From an uncultured Acidobacteriota bacterium (lineage in GTDB: Bacteria > Acidobacteriota > Terriglobia > Acidiferrales > UBA7541), in contig CAWGRE010000005.1 in NCBI GenBank assembly GCA_963824925.1, positions 311,619-375,618 on the forward strand: 64,000 nt of DNA, written 5' to 3'. Below, piece by piece: positions 29,812 to 39,771 of this stretch (position 1 is the first letter of the stretch; the number at the start of each line of letters is the position of its first letter). A program made the position numbers and the translations under genes. Below the pieces are notes generated by a model that made no database searches, was not told the origin of the DNA, and saw nothing but the letters and a program-made list of their open reading frames with translations.

Positions 29812-30946
29812 TCAGCGCAACTTCAACGTCGTCAGCGCGAACAGCGCAAACACCAGCGCGGCAATCCAGAACCGCACGATCACCTTGCTCTCGCTCCAAC
29901 CCAGCAATTCAAAGTGGTGATGAATCGGCGCCATGCGGAAAATCCGTTTCCCGCGCAGCTTGAACGACCCCACCTGCAAAATCACCGAGAGCGCTTCCAG
30001 CACGAACACGCCGCCCACAAAAATCAGCAGCACTTCCTGCTTGATGATTACCGCAATCGTTCCCAGCGTTCCGCCCAGCGCCAGCGAACCGACATCTCCC
30101 ATGAAAATTTCCGCGGGATGCGCGTTGTACCAGAGAAAGCCCAAGCGACGCGCCCACCAGCGCTCCGCAGAACACCGTCAACTCGCCGACGCGCGGTATG
30201 TACTGAATTTCCAGATACGTCGCCCAGCGGTAGTTGCTGCTCACATACGTCACCATGGTCATCGCGCCCGCGGCAATCACCGTGCATCCAATCGCCAGTC
30301 CGTCCAGCCCGTCGGTCAGGTTCACCGCGTTCGAACTTCCCGTAATCACCAGCGCGATAAACGCCAGGAACGGCAGAAACGCCAGCGGCCACAGGCCGCC
30401 CGAGTTCAGCAATCCGTGAATCACCAGGTCTGGCCGAAACCTCTTCAGGAACGGCACCACCAATTGCGTGGAATACGCGCTGTGCGTGGAAAGCACCAGC
30501 AGCGTGATGCCCACCACCAGGCTCACGCCGAATTGCAGGGTGAGCTTGCGCTTGCCCGTTAATCCCAGATTCCGCCGTTTGGCCACCTTCGCGTAGTCGT
30601 CCACGAACCCGATCGCCGCGAACGCCAGCAGGGCAAACAGCGCCAGCAGCACGAATGGATTCGAGAGATCCGCCCAAAGCAAAACTGGCACCGCCGTGGA
30701 AAGCACGATCAGCACGCCGCCCATCGTCGGTGTGCCGGCTTTTTTCTTGTGCTCCTGCGGCCCTTCCTCCCGGATGTACTGCCCGATTTGCAGCTCGCGC
30801 AGCTTGCGGATCAGCCACGGTCCAAACACCAGCGCCAGAAACATCGCCGTCAAGCTCGCGTACGCCGTCCGCACCGTGATGTAGCGGAAAACGTTCAGCG
30901 GGCTGAAATATTTCTGCAGCGTGTGATACAGCAGGTAGTAGAGCAT
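29812..30946 (-). CDS. mraY: Phospho-MurNAc-pentapeptide transferase; one frameshift near 30145 (probable sequence error)
   Basis: [16 protein letters not shown] and [12 protein letters not shown] in one frame; [20 protein letters not shown] and [10 protein letters not shown] in the next. Confidence 0.93.
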
Positions 30947-32386
30947 CTAGTGGTCTGCTCCGGCTCTCCGGCCCGCGTCCACCGGCGCAAATCTTCCCAG
31001 CAGCGCTTCCACGATGCGCTCCATCTTCACGCTGCGCGATCCCTTCACCAGAAGCAAGTCGCCCGGCTTCACGAAGCCCGCCAGAAATTCCGCGGCGTTT
31101 TCCGGTGTCCCAAAAAACTTCGTCTGCGCGCGCGGAATTCCCGCCGCAATCGCGCCCTCGACCAGTTGCAAGGCGTCCCCCTGCACGCCGATCACAAAAT
31201 CAATCTTCCCTGTTCGCGCGGCAAACTCTCCGCCTTCGCGGTGCAACTGGGCTGATAACGGCCCCAATTCGCGCATCTCTCCCGCGGCCAGAATCCGCCG
31301 CTGAAATCCGGGCGTCGCGGCAAGCAAACTACTCATCGCCTGCAGCGCCGCGGGGCTCGAGTTGTACGCGTCATTAATCAATGCAAATCCATTCGTGAAC
31401 CGGATCAATTCTCCGCGCATCGCGGGTGTCCGCAGATTCGGCAACACGCGCTGCGCTTCTTCCACGCCGACGTTCCACTCGCTGGCCGCGGCAATCGCCG
31501 CCAGCGCGTTGGCCACCACATGACGCCCCGGCAGAGACATCTCCATTCGCGTTCGCTGGTTCTTGTGCACCAGCGTGAACGCTGACCCCAGCGCCCCGCG
31601 ATCTTCAATTTCTTCGGCACGATACTCCGCCGGTTTCTCCACGCCGTAAAACATCACCCGGCCCGGCGCGACACCCGCCATCGCCGCCACACGCGCGTCG
31701 TCCGCGTTCAGCACCGCCAGCGAATTCTTCCCGTTCAGCCCTTCCACCAGCTCGCGCTTGGCCAGCGCAATTTCTTCCACCGAGGAAAAATTCATCAAAT
31801 GCGCCGGCGCCACGCGCGTCTCAATCGCCACGTCGGGATTCGCAATCGCCGCCAATCGCTTCAGCTCGCCGGGAAAAGACATGCCCATCTCCAGCACCGC
31901 CGCGTCATGCGTCTCGTCCAGCCGGAAAATCGTCAACGGCAAGCCATATTCGTTATTGAAATTTCCGTCGGTTTTCAGGACCCGCAGCTTCGCGCCCAAC
32001 AGTGCTGCCAGGATCTCTTTGGTAGTGGTTTTCCCAACCGATCCCGTGATGCCGCAAATTTTCTTCCCCCATTGCTTACGCACGGCCCGCGCCAGGCTGT
32101 GGAGCGCCCCAAGCGTGTCGGGCACGGTGATGCAGCGGTCCTGCAGCCATCCCGGATACCGCGAGACCACCGGCTCCGCCACCACTGCCGCCACCGCTCC
32201 GCTTTCCAATACGTCGGCAACGTAGTCGTGTCCATCGTTACGCGGACCATGTATCGCGACGAACAGTTCTCCCCGACGTATCGTGCGAGAATCAATCGAG
32301 ACACCGGCCATCCAGGCCAGGGAGTCCAGTCCGGGCCCTGCTTTGCCTGCCACCGCTTCAACCACTTGTTTAAGCGTCCACCGCAT
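30947..32386 (-). CDS. murF: UDP-MurNAc-tripeptide-D-Ala-D-Ala ligase
   Basis: SIDSR, ITGSVGKTTTKE, NFNNEYGLP, LEMGMS, INDAYNSSP, GEMRELG and KGSRSVKME. Confidence 0.96.
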   Translation of the reverse strand: MRWTLKQVVEAVAGKAGPGLDSLAWMAGVSIDSRTIRRGELFVAIHGPRNDGHDYVADVLESGAVAAVVAEPVVSRYPGWLQDRCITVPDTLGALHSLARAVRKQWGKKICGITGSVGKTTTKEILAALLGAKLRVLKTDGNFNNEYGLPLTIFRLDETHDAAVLEMGMSFPGELKRLAAIANPDVAIETRVAPAHLMNFSSVEEIALAKRELVEGLNGKNSLAVLNADDARVAAMAGVAPGRVMFYGVEKPAEYRAEEIEDRGALGSAFTLVHKNQRTRMEMSLPGRHVVANALAAIAAASEWNVGVEEAQRVLPNLRTPAMRGELIRFTNGFALINDAYNSSPAALQAMSSLLAATPGFQRRILAAGEMRELGPLSAQLHREGGEFAARTGKIDFVIGVQGDALQLVEGAIAAGIPRAQTKFFGTPENAAEFLAGFVKPGDLLLVKGSRSVKMERIVEALLGRFAPVDAGRRAGADH

Positions 32387-32481
32387 AGTTGCCTCAATAG
32401 GTTGGCTTTCCCCAGGGTTCGAACGAAGCGTTCCCTTCTTCCGCAAGTCACTACCCGTTGCGTTTTCAGAGTGACCCTCCC

Positions 32482-32511
32482 GTAGGGCCCGCTTTCTGAA
32501 GCGGGCCGCTA
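32482..32511 (+). repeat. GTAG REP copy inside the dcw cluster
   Basis: GTAGGGCCCGCTTTCTGAAGCGGGCCGCTA, between murE and murF. Confidence 0.75.
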
Positions 32512-32588
32512 TTCCCGCCTCAAGTTTCCCTTAAGCAACATTCACCGAATGCCCCTTCCACTTCTTCCGATTTTCAATTTTCCAAATT

Positions 32589-34139
32589 CTAATTTCCGTC
32601 CTCCGCATATCCCCGCGCACCCAGCGCCTTACGCGCCTCTTCGCAATCGTCGAAATGAATCGTGCGATCCGCGAAAATCTGATAATCCTCGTGCCCCTTG
32701 CCCGCCAGCAGCACGATGTCTCCCGGCCGCGCTTCTTCAATCGCCAGGGAAATGGCCTTGGCGCGATCCGGCTCAATCAAATATTTTCCGCCGGACTTCT
32801 GTATGCCCACCACCACGTCGCTGATGATCTTCAGCGGATCTTCCTGCCGCGGATTGTCGCTGGTCAGAATGGTCAAATCGCTGAGCCTTCCTGAAGTTTC
32901 GCCCATGATCGGGCGTTTGGTGCGGTCGCGCGATCCGCCGCAGCCAAACAGAGTGATGATGCGTCCCTTGGTGATCAACTCCCGCGCGGTACGAATTAGA
33001 TTTTGCAGCGCGTCATCCGTGTGCGCATAGTCCACCACCACCAGGAACGGCTGGCCCAGATCAACGCGCTGAAATCTGCCGGCAACCGCGCGCAGATTCC
33101 GGATGCCCGCTTCGATTGTTTCGTTGGGAATTTCCAGACCGATTCCCGCGCCGATGGCCGCCAGAATGTTGTAGACGTTGATCCGCCCGACGAGAGGCGA
33201 CTCCACTTGAATCGGCCCGGCCGGCGTTTGCGCGGTGAAATTCAATCCATTGAAGCTCAATTGAAATTTCTTGGCCTTCAAATCCGACCCGTTCAGCAAT
33301 CCGTAGGTCAGCGTCTGTTTGCCTAACCCAACCAGCTTCTTACCCCATTCGTCGTCGGTGTTGATCACCGCAACGTCTGGAGCGCCCGCGCCAGTGCCTT
33401 CGAAGAGCCGCCGCTTAGCCGCAAAATAGTTCTCAAAGTTTTTGTGGAAATCGATGTGATCGCGGGTCAGGTTCGTGAAGACGGCCGCCGCAAAATGGCA
33501 ACCCCACAAGCGGTCCAGCACCAGCGCGTGCGAACTCGCCTCCATCGTCGCATACGTTCCGCCGGCATCGCGAATCTCCGCAAAAAAACTTTGCAGGTCC
33601 ACCGATTCCGGAGTCGTATTCGGCGCCGGATATTCGCCGCTGGGGGTGTGATAGCTGATCGTCCCAAACAATCCGGTCTTTGCGCCGGCGGCATGTAAAA
33701 TCGAATCGATCAGCGATGTCGTCGTGGTTTTTCCGTTCGTTCCCGTCACGCCAACCAATTTCAATGCATCGGCCGGCCGTCCAAAGAAATTTGCCGCCGT
33801 CGTCGCCAGTGCCTTCCGCGCCTCCGCCACCTGCACCCACTCCACTTCCGCATTCCAACCCGTGGGCGCTGGCGCTTCGCTCAACACCGCGACCGCCCCG
33901 TGCGCAACCGCCTCTTTCGCAAAGAGCGTCCCGTCGGTGGCTACGCCCGCAATCGCAACAAAAAGTGCGCCCGGCTGCACCTTTCTGGAATCATGCGTGA
34001 CCTGCAGGATCTCAATCTCTTCCACGGGCACGCGCGAACGCACATCCACCCCCGCCAACAGCGCCGTCAGACTCCGCCCCGTCGAGTGTTTCAGTTCTGC
34101 CACACTCTGTCCTTGTTCGCCCTCTTCTGTAAGATGCAA
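32589..34139 (-). CDS. murE: UDP-MurNAc-dipeptide-meso-DAP ligase
   Basis: GVTGTNGKTTT, NTTP, MEASSH, TNLTRDHIDFH, VDYAHT and DNPR (DAP specificity). Start position uncertain. Confidence 0.95.
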   Translation of the reverse strand: MHLTEEGEQGQSVAELKHSTGRSLTALLAGVDVRSRVPVEEIEILQVTHDSRKVQPGALFVAIAGVATDGTLFAKEAVAHGAVAVLSEAPAPTGWNAEVEWVQVAEARKALATTAANFFGRPADALKLVGVTGTNGKTTTTSLIDSILHAAGAKTGLFGTISYHTPSGEYPAPNTTPESVDLQSFFAEIRDAGGTYATMEASSHALVLDRLWGCHFAAAVFTNLTRDHIDFHKNFENYFAAKRRLFEGTGAGAPDVAVINTDDEWGKKLVGLGKQTLTYGLLNGSDLKAKKFQLSFNGLNFTAQTPAGPIQVESPLVGRINVYNILAAIGAGIGLEIPNETIEAGIRNLRAVAGRFQRVDLGQPFLVVVDYAHTDDALQNLIRTARELITKGRIITLFGCGGSRDRTKRPIMGETSGRLSDLTILTSDNPRQEDPLKIISDVVVGIQKSGGKYLIEPDRAKAISLAIEEARPGDIVLLAGKGHEDYQIFADRTIHFDDCEEARKALGARGYAEDGN

Positions 34140-34173
34140 TCTTTTGCTCCTCTGCTTCCGCTAAGCCATTTTC

Positions 34174-36249
34174 TCAGTGCGACTTGCCAGCTTTCACCGG
34201 CGCCATGCCGAACTCCACGGTCACTTTCGTCCCTCGCCGCACGTTGCTTCCCGGCGCAGGCACTTGTTGAACTGCAAGGCTGCTGCCAACCAGCACCGGA
34301 TTCAGCCCCAATCGGAAACAGATGTCGGTCACCTCACGCATCGTTTTACCCGTGAAATCCGGCACGGCAATGTCGCCGCCCTCGTCCACTGCCACGGTTA
34401 CGTTTGGCGCCTGCGGGTCTTCTTTCACCTTCCCAAGCTGCTTTTCGCCCCCGGCAGGCGTTTCAATCTGTGCGGGAAAGTCTTCGGGTGTTTCCTCATC
34501 TACGGCCGCCGCTGCGTTCTCTCGGCCCTGGTGATAGGCGGTCTGTATCAGAGCCGGACTCAACGGCACGTCGCGCGGCACATCCAGGTACGCGAGAACC
34601 TGCTCGGCAATTCGCTTAAAAACCGGCGCCGCCACGTTGCCTCCCTCATGCGGCCAGCCCTGGGGCGAATCAATGGACACCAATATCGCCACCGCCGGAT
34701 TGTTAATGGGCGCAAATCCCGTGAACGACGCAATCACATTGGTCCTCGAATACCGCCGCGTTGCCGGATCGATCTTCTGCGCGGTGCCGGTTTTTCCAGC
34801 GGCCGTCCAGCCATCCAACCGCGCGAGTTTTCCGGTGCCTCGCAAAACCACACCCTCCATCAATTGCCGCATGGTGGCTGCGGTTTCTGGGCGAATCACT
34901 CGGTGAGCGTCCGCAGGTGCCGAGGGTCCTTCCAGCGGCAGATCGTGGTCATCCCGCTTCATCGCTTCCACCACATGCGGCTTATACAGCAGCCCGCCAT
35001 TCGCGATGGCGGAGACTGCGTTCACCATCTGCAGGGGCGTCACGCCAATTTCCTGCCCCATCGAAATTGAACCGATGGAAAACGAGCCCCAATGCGCCAG
35101 CCGGTAGACCAATCCACGGCTCTCCCCTGGCAAATCCACTCCGGTAGGAGACCCGAAACCGAATTTGTGAATGTAATCGTCGAAGCGGGGTGGGCCAAGC
35201 CTCAGCGCGATCTTGATAGCGCCGACGTCGCTGGAATTCGCCAGAATTTCCGCCACCGTCAAATCGCCGTACGCTTTGTGATCGTGAATCCTGTGACCGG
35301 CCACCACGATGGATCCGTGTTCGCAGTTAATAACCTCGTCGGGACGAATCAGACCCTGATCCAACCCCGCCGCCAGCGTCACCAGCTTAAACGTTGACCC
35401 GGGCTCGTAGATCGCACTCACCGCCCGGTCCATCCGTGAATCTTTCGCCGCTTCCGGAGCCGCATTCGGGTTGTATTTTGGCCAGTTCGCCAGCGCCAGG
35501 ATCGCCCCGGTATTGGGGTCCTCCACAATCACGCTTCCCGCCGGTGCGTGATATTTCTCAATCACTGCCGCCAGTTCGCGTTCGGCAATGTACTGGATTT
35601 TCTCATCCAGAGTGAGCACCACGCTCGCGCCGTGCTGCTGCTGCGCCCGCCCGCCGTCATACCAGTGCTGCCGCGCATCCTTCATCACCACAATTTTTTC
35701 GGCGTGGCCGCGGATCAGGTTGTCGTACTCGTATTCAATTCCACCCAAGCCATGTTCATCCAGGTCCACAAAGCCCAGGACGTGCGAAGCCATATCCCGC
35801 ATCGGATAAAAGCGCTTGTTCTCCTGGAAAAAATAGACGCCCTTCAGGTTTAACTCGCGAACCGCGCCTTCTTCCTCCTGCGAGAGTTTGCGTTTGAGCC
35901 AGACAAACGTTCCGCCCCCTTGCAGCTTTTCACGGACGGCACTTTGCGGCATTTGCAGCGCGGCGGAAAGCAGCCGCGCCGCCATATCCTGATCCTTTAT
36001 TTCTGTGGGCACCGCGAATGCCGATTGCACTGGCACGCTCATCGCCAGCGGCCGCAAATTGCGGTCATAAATCGGCCCGCGCATCGGCAGAATATCAATG
36101 GTGTGCTGCTGCTGGCGCGCCGCCTGCTGCAGGTAAAATTTGTGTTGGAACAACTGCAGGTAGGTTAGCCGGCCGAAGACCGCCGTCATCCAAAGGAGCG
36201 CCACGCCAGCCAGGATCAGCAATCGGACGTGGACTTTATCTTGCTCCAT
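34174..36249 (-). CDS. ftsI: Division transpeptidase PBP3 with C-terminal PASTA domain
   Basis: N-terminal TM helix, RGPIYDRN, YEPGSTFK (SxxK), AGKTGTAQK (KTG) and PASTA VPDFTGKT. Confidence 0.93.
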   Translation of the reverse strand: MEQDKVHVRLLILAGVALLWMTAVFGRLTYLQLFQHKFYLQQAARQQQHTIDILPMRGPIYDRNLRPLAMSVPVQSAFAVPTEIKDQDMAARLLSAALQMPQSAVREKLQGGGTFVWLKRKLSQEEEGAVRELNLKGVYFFQENKRFYPMRDMASHVLGFVDLDEHGLGGIEYEYDNLIRGHAEKIVVMKDARQHWYDGGRAQQQHGASVVLTLDEKIQYIAERELAAVIEKYHAPAGSVIVEDPNTGAILALANWPKYNPNAAPEAAKDSRMDRAVSAIYEPGSTFKLVTLAAGLDQGLIRPDEVINCEHGSIVVAGHRIHDHKAYGDLTVAEILANSSDVGAIKIALRLGPPRFDDYIHKFGFGSPTGVDLPGESRGLVYRLAHWGSFSIGSISMGQEIGVTPLQMVNAVSAIANGGLLYKPHVVEAMKRDDHDLPLEGPSAPADAHRVIRPETAATMRQLMEGVVLRGTGKLARLDGWTAAGKTGTAQKIDPATRRYSRTNVIASFTGFAPINNPAVAILVSIDSPQGWPHEGGNVAAPVFKRIAEQVLAYLDVPRDVPLSPALIQTAYHQGRENAAAAVDEETPEDFPAQIETPAGGEKQLGKVKEDPQAPNVTVAVDEGGDIAVPDFTGKTMREVTDICFRLGLNPVLVGSSLAVQQVPAPGSNVRRGTKVTVEFGMAPVKAGKSH

Positions 36250-36336
36250 GGTTCCTGGATCTTGGCTCGCGCTCCGGACCGCTATTTACGTTTCTAAACT
36301 CTTTGCGTGGCGGCGCTGGCCTTCCGCTGCGGCGGG

Positions 36337-36885
36337 TTAGGGAACGCGATTCGGCCGCACCAGCCGGGCCGATTCACCCTGCGTGGCGTTGTAATCCGAA
36401 TATTCCAGCACCTGGGTGGGTGCCGGCTGCGCCAGGCCCAGTTGCGCGGCGATGGCGTTGATTCTCCGAGGATTCCGCCACGATTCGATTTCCAACTTAA
36501 GCTGGCCGTTCAAGGCCTGCGCCTGTGTCTGCTTCGCCCGCAGATCTTCCAGTTGAAAACTCAGATCAATACAGCGGAAATGCTGGTAGATGTAGAGCAT
36601 GAAGCACATCGCCACCATGCCGCCCAGTGCCGCGAGCTTGTAATGTGTTCTCAGCTTGACGGGTTCCACGTGGCGCACCAGCCGCGAATTATCAATGCGC
36701 TTCGCAGTGTGAAATTCCACCATCGCGGATTTCCGTGGCGCCAATCTGCCGCCGGCCCGCAATCCCTTCTTTCCCGGCGACGGCCTCAGCCGTTGCGGAG
36801 CCTTACCCTGCCCGCGCACCACGCGCGGTTCACCCTGCAATTTTTCGCCGCCCGGGACTTCTTGCCATCGAAATGCTGTTGCCAT
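36337..36885 (-). CDS. ftsL: Cell division protein FtsL (long basic N-terminus)
   Basis: Position between rsmH and ftsI; one TM helix, a coiled coil, and LEIESWRNPRRINAIAAQLGL. Confidence 0.75.
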   Translation of the reverse strand: MATAFRWQEVPGGEKLQGEPRVVRGQGKAPQRLRPSPGKKGLRAGGRLAPRKSAMVEFHTAKRIDNSRLVRHVEPVKLRTHYKLAALGGMVAMCFMLYIYQHFRCIDLSFQLEDLRAKQTQAQALNGQLKLEIESWRNPRRINAIAAQLGLAQPAPTQVLEYSDYNATQGESARLVRPNRVP

Positions 36886-36886
36886 C

Positions 36887-37780
36887 TCACACCTTCTCCG
36901 CGCACCGGAGCTTCGCGCTTCGCGATCTCGGGTTCGCTCCCTGCTCTTCCGGGCTGGGCACAATCACGTGTTTGGTGAGCACCTTCAGCGTTCCGGCTTT
37001 TTCGCCTTCCTGAAACGCGCGCTTCACCGGACGGTCTTCCCGCGAGTGGTACGTCAACATCACCCATCGGCCGCCTGAATTTAATGTGGCAGGGGTCCGA
37101 AAAAGAAACTGCCCGAGTTCCTCCATCTCTCGATTCACCGCTATCCGCAGCGCCAGAAACGTTTTTGTTGCGGGATGCAGTCTCTGCCTTCCCCATTGCT
37201 TCCGGACGCCTGCCACAACCGTTGCCAGGTGCGCGGTGTCCCTGATGGGCCGCGCTTTCACTATCCCCCTGGCGATCCTTCTGGAATCGTGCTCTTCCGC
37301 TTCCTGGTAGAGCAGGTCGGCCACTTCCTTTTCCGACCACCGATTCACAATCTCGTCTGCCGTCAGCGTGTCTTCTTCCGCATCTCCGCTGCTCATGCGC
37401 ATATCCAGCGGGCCCGCTTCCCGGAACGAAAATCCGCGTTCCGGACGATCAAGCTGCATGCTCGAAACTCCCAAGTCGGCCAAGACCCCGTCCACCTTCG
37501 CTATCCCCAACCCTTGTACGGCCTCCGCAATCTTCGAGAACGGCAAGTGGACGAAACTCACCAAACTCCCAAACTCGTTCAATCGCTCCCGCGCGATTTG
37601 CAGCGCCTGTGCGTCCCGGTCCAGGCTGATCAACCGCCCTTTTCCCGATGACAACCGCGCCGCGATGGCCGCGGAATGCCCGCCGGCTCCCGTGGTTGCG
37701 TCGACGTAAATTCCGTCCGGCTTTATTTGCAGCCATTCCAGCACCTCTTCCAGCAAAACCGGCGTATGCGGTGCACTCAA
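36887..37780 (-). CDS. rsmH: 16S rRNA C1402 N4-methyltransferase
   Basis: HTPVLLEE, VDATTGAGGHS, DLGVSSMQLD..RGFSF, PLDMRM and NPRSRSAKLR. Confidence 0.96.
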   Translation of the reverse strand: MSAPHTPVLLEEVLEWLQIKPDGIYVDATTGAGGHSAAIAARLSSGKGRLISLDRDAQALQIARERLNEFGSLVSFVHLPFSKIAEAVQGLGIAKVDGVLADLGVSSMQLDRPERGFSFREAGPLDMRMSSGDAEEDTLTADEIVNRWSEKEVADLLYQEAEEHDSRRIARGIVKARPIRDTAHLATVVAGVRKQWGRQRLHPATKTFLALRIAVNREMEELGQFLFRTPATLNSGGRWVMLTYHSREDRPVKRAFQEGEKAGTLKVLTKHVIVPSPEEQGANPRSRSAKLRCAEKV

Positions 37781-37827
37781 TCTCGAAACTCGCTTGCCCC
37801 GAGCTAAGCCGAGGGGCCACTTCCTTA

Positions 37828-38268
37828 CTAAATCCCCGCGTTCCCCAGCGCATCATCGTCCGCGTCGGTATAAGGCTCGCCCTTCAACTGATCCAGGACC
37901 CGCGTGTGGTTCATCACCACCAGATGGTCCAGGGCTCCCAGCACATCCACTTCGCCCTTCACCTGCGCCGATTCCCGCAGTACCCCCGGAATCAGTACCC
38001 TGCCCTGCCCGTCAATTTCGACTGCCTGGCCGTAATAGCTCGTGTGAAACAGAAACTTTTGCTTTGCCTTGTTCGTGCTCGGCATACCGGCCAGCCGGTC
38101 CTCGATCTCCCCCCAAACCTTCATGGGGTAGATCCGGGCCCGCTCACCGTTCGTGCTGGTGATGTAAAATTGGTTGCCGAACTCCTTGAGGTCCTCGAGA
38201 AACACGGCGGGTATCTTCAGACGACCCTTCTCGTCCACCTTCGCTGGACAGTTTCCCCGGAGTTTCAT
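37828..38268 (-). CDS. mraZ: Division/cell-wall cluster repressor MraZ
   Basis: Two AbrB-like repeats, VDEKGRLKIP and IDGQGRVLIP; first gene of the dcw cluster. Confidence 0.93.
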   Translation of the reverse strand: MKLRGNCPAKVDEKGRLKIPAVFLEDLKEFGNQFYITSTNGERARIYPMKVWGEIEDRLAGMPSTNKAKQKFLFHTSYYGQAVEIDGQGRVLIPGVLRESAQVKGEVDVLGALDHLVVMNHTRVLDQLKGEPYTDADDDALGNAGI

Positions 38269-38297
38269 GATTCCCACTTCGATGGAGGATCGGTTTG

Positions 38298-38371
38298 CCC
38301 AATTCCACCACAGCCCTCTATGCCCTGCTACTTTGCTCTACTGAAGACCACTTTGCCCCACTTCTTGCCAC
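38298..38371 (-). promoter_or_regulatory. Array of eight MraZ-type boxes at exact 10-bp period
   Basis: Minus-strand cores GTGG, GTGG, GTGG, GTAG, GTAG, ATAG, GTGG and TGGG, ending at plus-strand positions 38371, 38361, 38351, 38341, 38331, 38321, 38311 and 38301. Confidence 0.75.
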
Positions 38372-38626
38372 ATCCTAAGCCGAATTGAAAACAAGTCAAG
38401 GAAAATCCGCAGGTTTTGTTAATAAACTGTGGAATTCAGCGCGAATTGGTGCACAAAATGTGCGCACGCTCCCATCACACTTTCGCTTCAGTTTCGTCTT
38501 TTTTCTGAAATTCTGCGCGCGAAATTCGACCGGATCTTTGAACTCCCCTATTCCCTTCCGCATTCCCGTATGTTATTTTTTGTGCGTCGAGTATCTTCAT
38601 TATTTCGGACCAAGGAGCTGCCTCTC

Positions 38627-38704
38627 ATGGAATGGACCACACCGAAGCACGAAGAGATTGATTTGAACTGCGAAGTCAGTTCCTACGCCAACGCCGAGCT
38701 ATAG
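38627..38704 (+). CDS. pqqA: PQQ precursor peptide (25 aa)
   Basis: MEWTTPKHEEIDLNCEVSSYANAEL with the E-x3-Y motif; AAGGAG RBS; upstream of pqqB. Confidence 0.95.
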   Translation: MEWTTPKHEEIDLNCEVSSYANAEL

Positions 38705-38713
38705 TCTTGAGTC

Positions 38714-38762
38714 TGTAGGGCCCGCCTTTATACCCTGAGCGATGCGAAGGGGCCGGCGGGCC
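38714..38762 (+). repeat. GTAG REP with nested CCCTGAG..GAAGGG hairpin
   Basis: TGTAGGGCCCGCC...CCCTGAGCGATGCGAAGGG...GGCGGGCC, between pqqA and pqqB. Confidence 0.65.
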
Positions 38763-38835
38763 GTTTTGTGTCCGTGCGTGTTTTTGATGCTCCAGCCCCT
38801 GCTACACTTGTTCCCTTCGCCCTGGAGAATCCTTC

Positions 38836-39771
38836 GTGAAAATCAAAATCCTCGGCTCCGCGGCGGGCGGCGGCTTTCCGCAATGGAATTGCGCTTGCCA
38901 CAACTGCGCTGGATTGCGCGCCGGCACATTGCGGGCGCGGCCTCGTTCGCAAACGCAGATTGCTTTTTCACCGGACGATCGCGTGTGGTTTCTGATCGGC
39001 GCTTCGCCCGATCTGCGCGCGCAGATTCTTTCCGCTCGCGAACTCTCGCCTCAGCCGGATAAGCCCGGGCACACTCCCATTGGTGGCGTGTTTCTGCCTT
39101 CCGCGGATGTGGATGCGGTGATGGGCCTGCTGCACTTGCGCGAATTTCAGAGTTTTTTTGTTTTCGCGAGTGCCGGGGTGCAGCGCGCGCTGCGCGCGGA
39201 AAATCGCATATTCAAAGTGTTGGAACGCGCCGATCCGCCAGTACACTGGCAGGTGCTTTCCAGCACGGGACGTCTCGGCTGCCATCTTTCGGAAAGTCCC
39301 GGCGAGTCTCCCACGTTTGTCTGCAACACGATTCCGCTTGGCGGCGACTTCCCCGATTACGTGAGCGAGGAATTCCGCCGCGCCGCTTCGCCTGATGACG
39401 CCACACTCGGGTTTCTCTTCGAGTGCGCTGATAAGAAAATTTTTATTGCTCCTTCACTTTCCGGCCACTCCGCCGAATGGCAGAAATCCGCGGCCACTGC
39501 GGACCTGATTTTGATTGACGGCACCTTCTGGTCCAACGACGAACTGCAGCGCACCGGCCGAACAAAAAAAACCGCGCGAGAGATTGGCCACCTTCCACTC
39601 TCTGGCGCCGATGGATTGCTGGCGCAATTCCCTGCTGGAGCAAGGGGACGCAAAATTCTGCTGCACATCAACAATACGAATCCGATTCTCGACGAAGACT
39701 CCGCCGAACACGCCGCGGTACTGGAAGCGGGCTTTGAAATCGCCTACGATGGCTTAGACATCTCCTTATGA
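38836..39771 (+). CDS. pqqB: PQQ biosynthesis protein B
   Basis: ILGSAAGGGFPQWNCAC, RSQTQIA, DGTFWSNDE, GHLPLSG and LHINNTNPIL. Confidence 0.95.
   Translation: MKIKILGSAAGGGFPQWNCACHNCAGLRAGTLRARPRSQTQIAFSPDDRVWFLIGASPDLRAQILSARELSPQPDKPGHTPIGGVFLPSADVDAVMGLLHLREFQSFFVFASAGVQRALRAENRIFKVLERADPPVHWQVLSSTGRLGCHLSESPGESPTFVCNTIPLGGDFPDYVSEEFRRAASPDDATLGFLFECADKKIFIAPSLSGHSAEWQKSAATADLILIDGTFWSNDELQRTGRTKKTAREIGHLPLSGADGLLAQFPAGARGRKILLHINNTNPILDEDSAEHAAVLEAGFEIAYDGLDISL

Noticed and set aside
35225-35245. FtsI SxN motif reads SSD
   Set aside because: SxxK and KTG are intact and SxD variants occur in active PBPs; this is not enough to call it unusual without an alignment.
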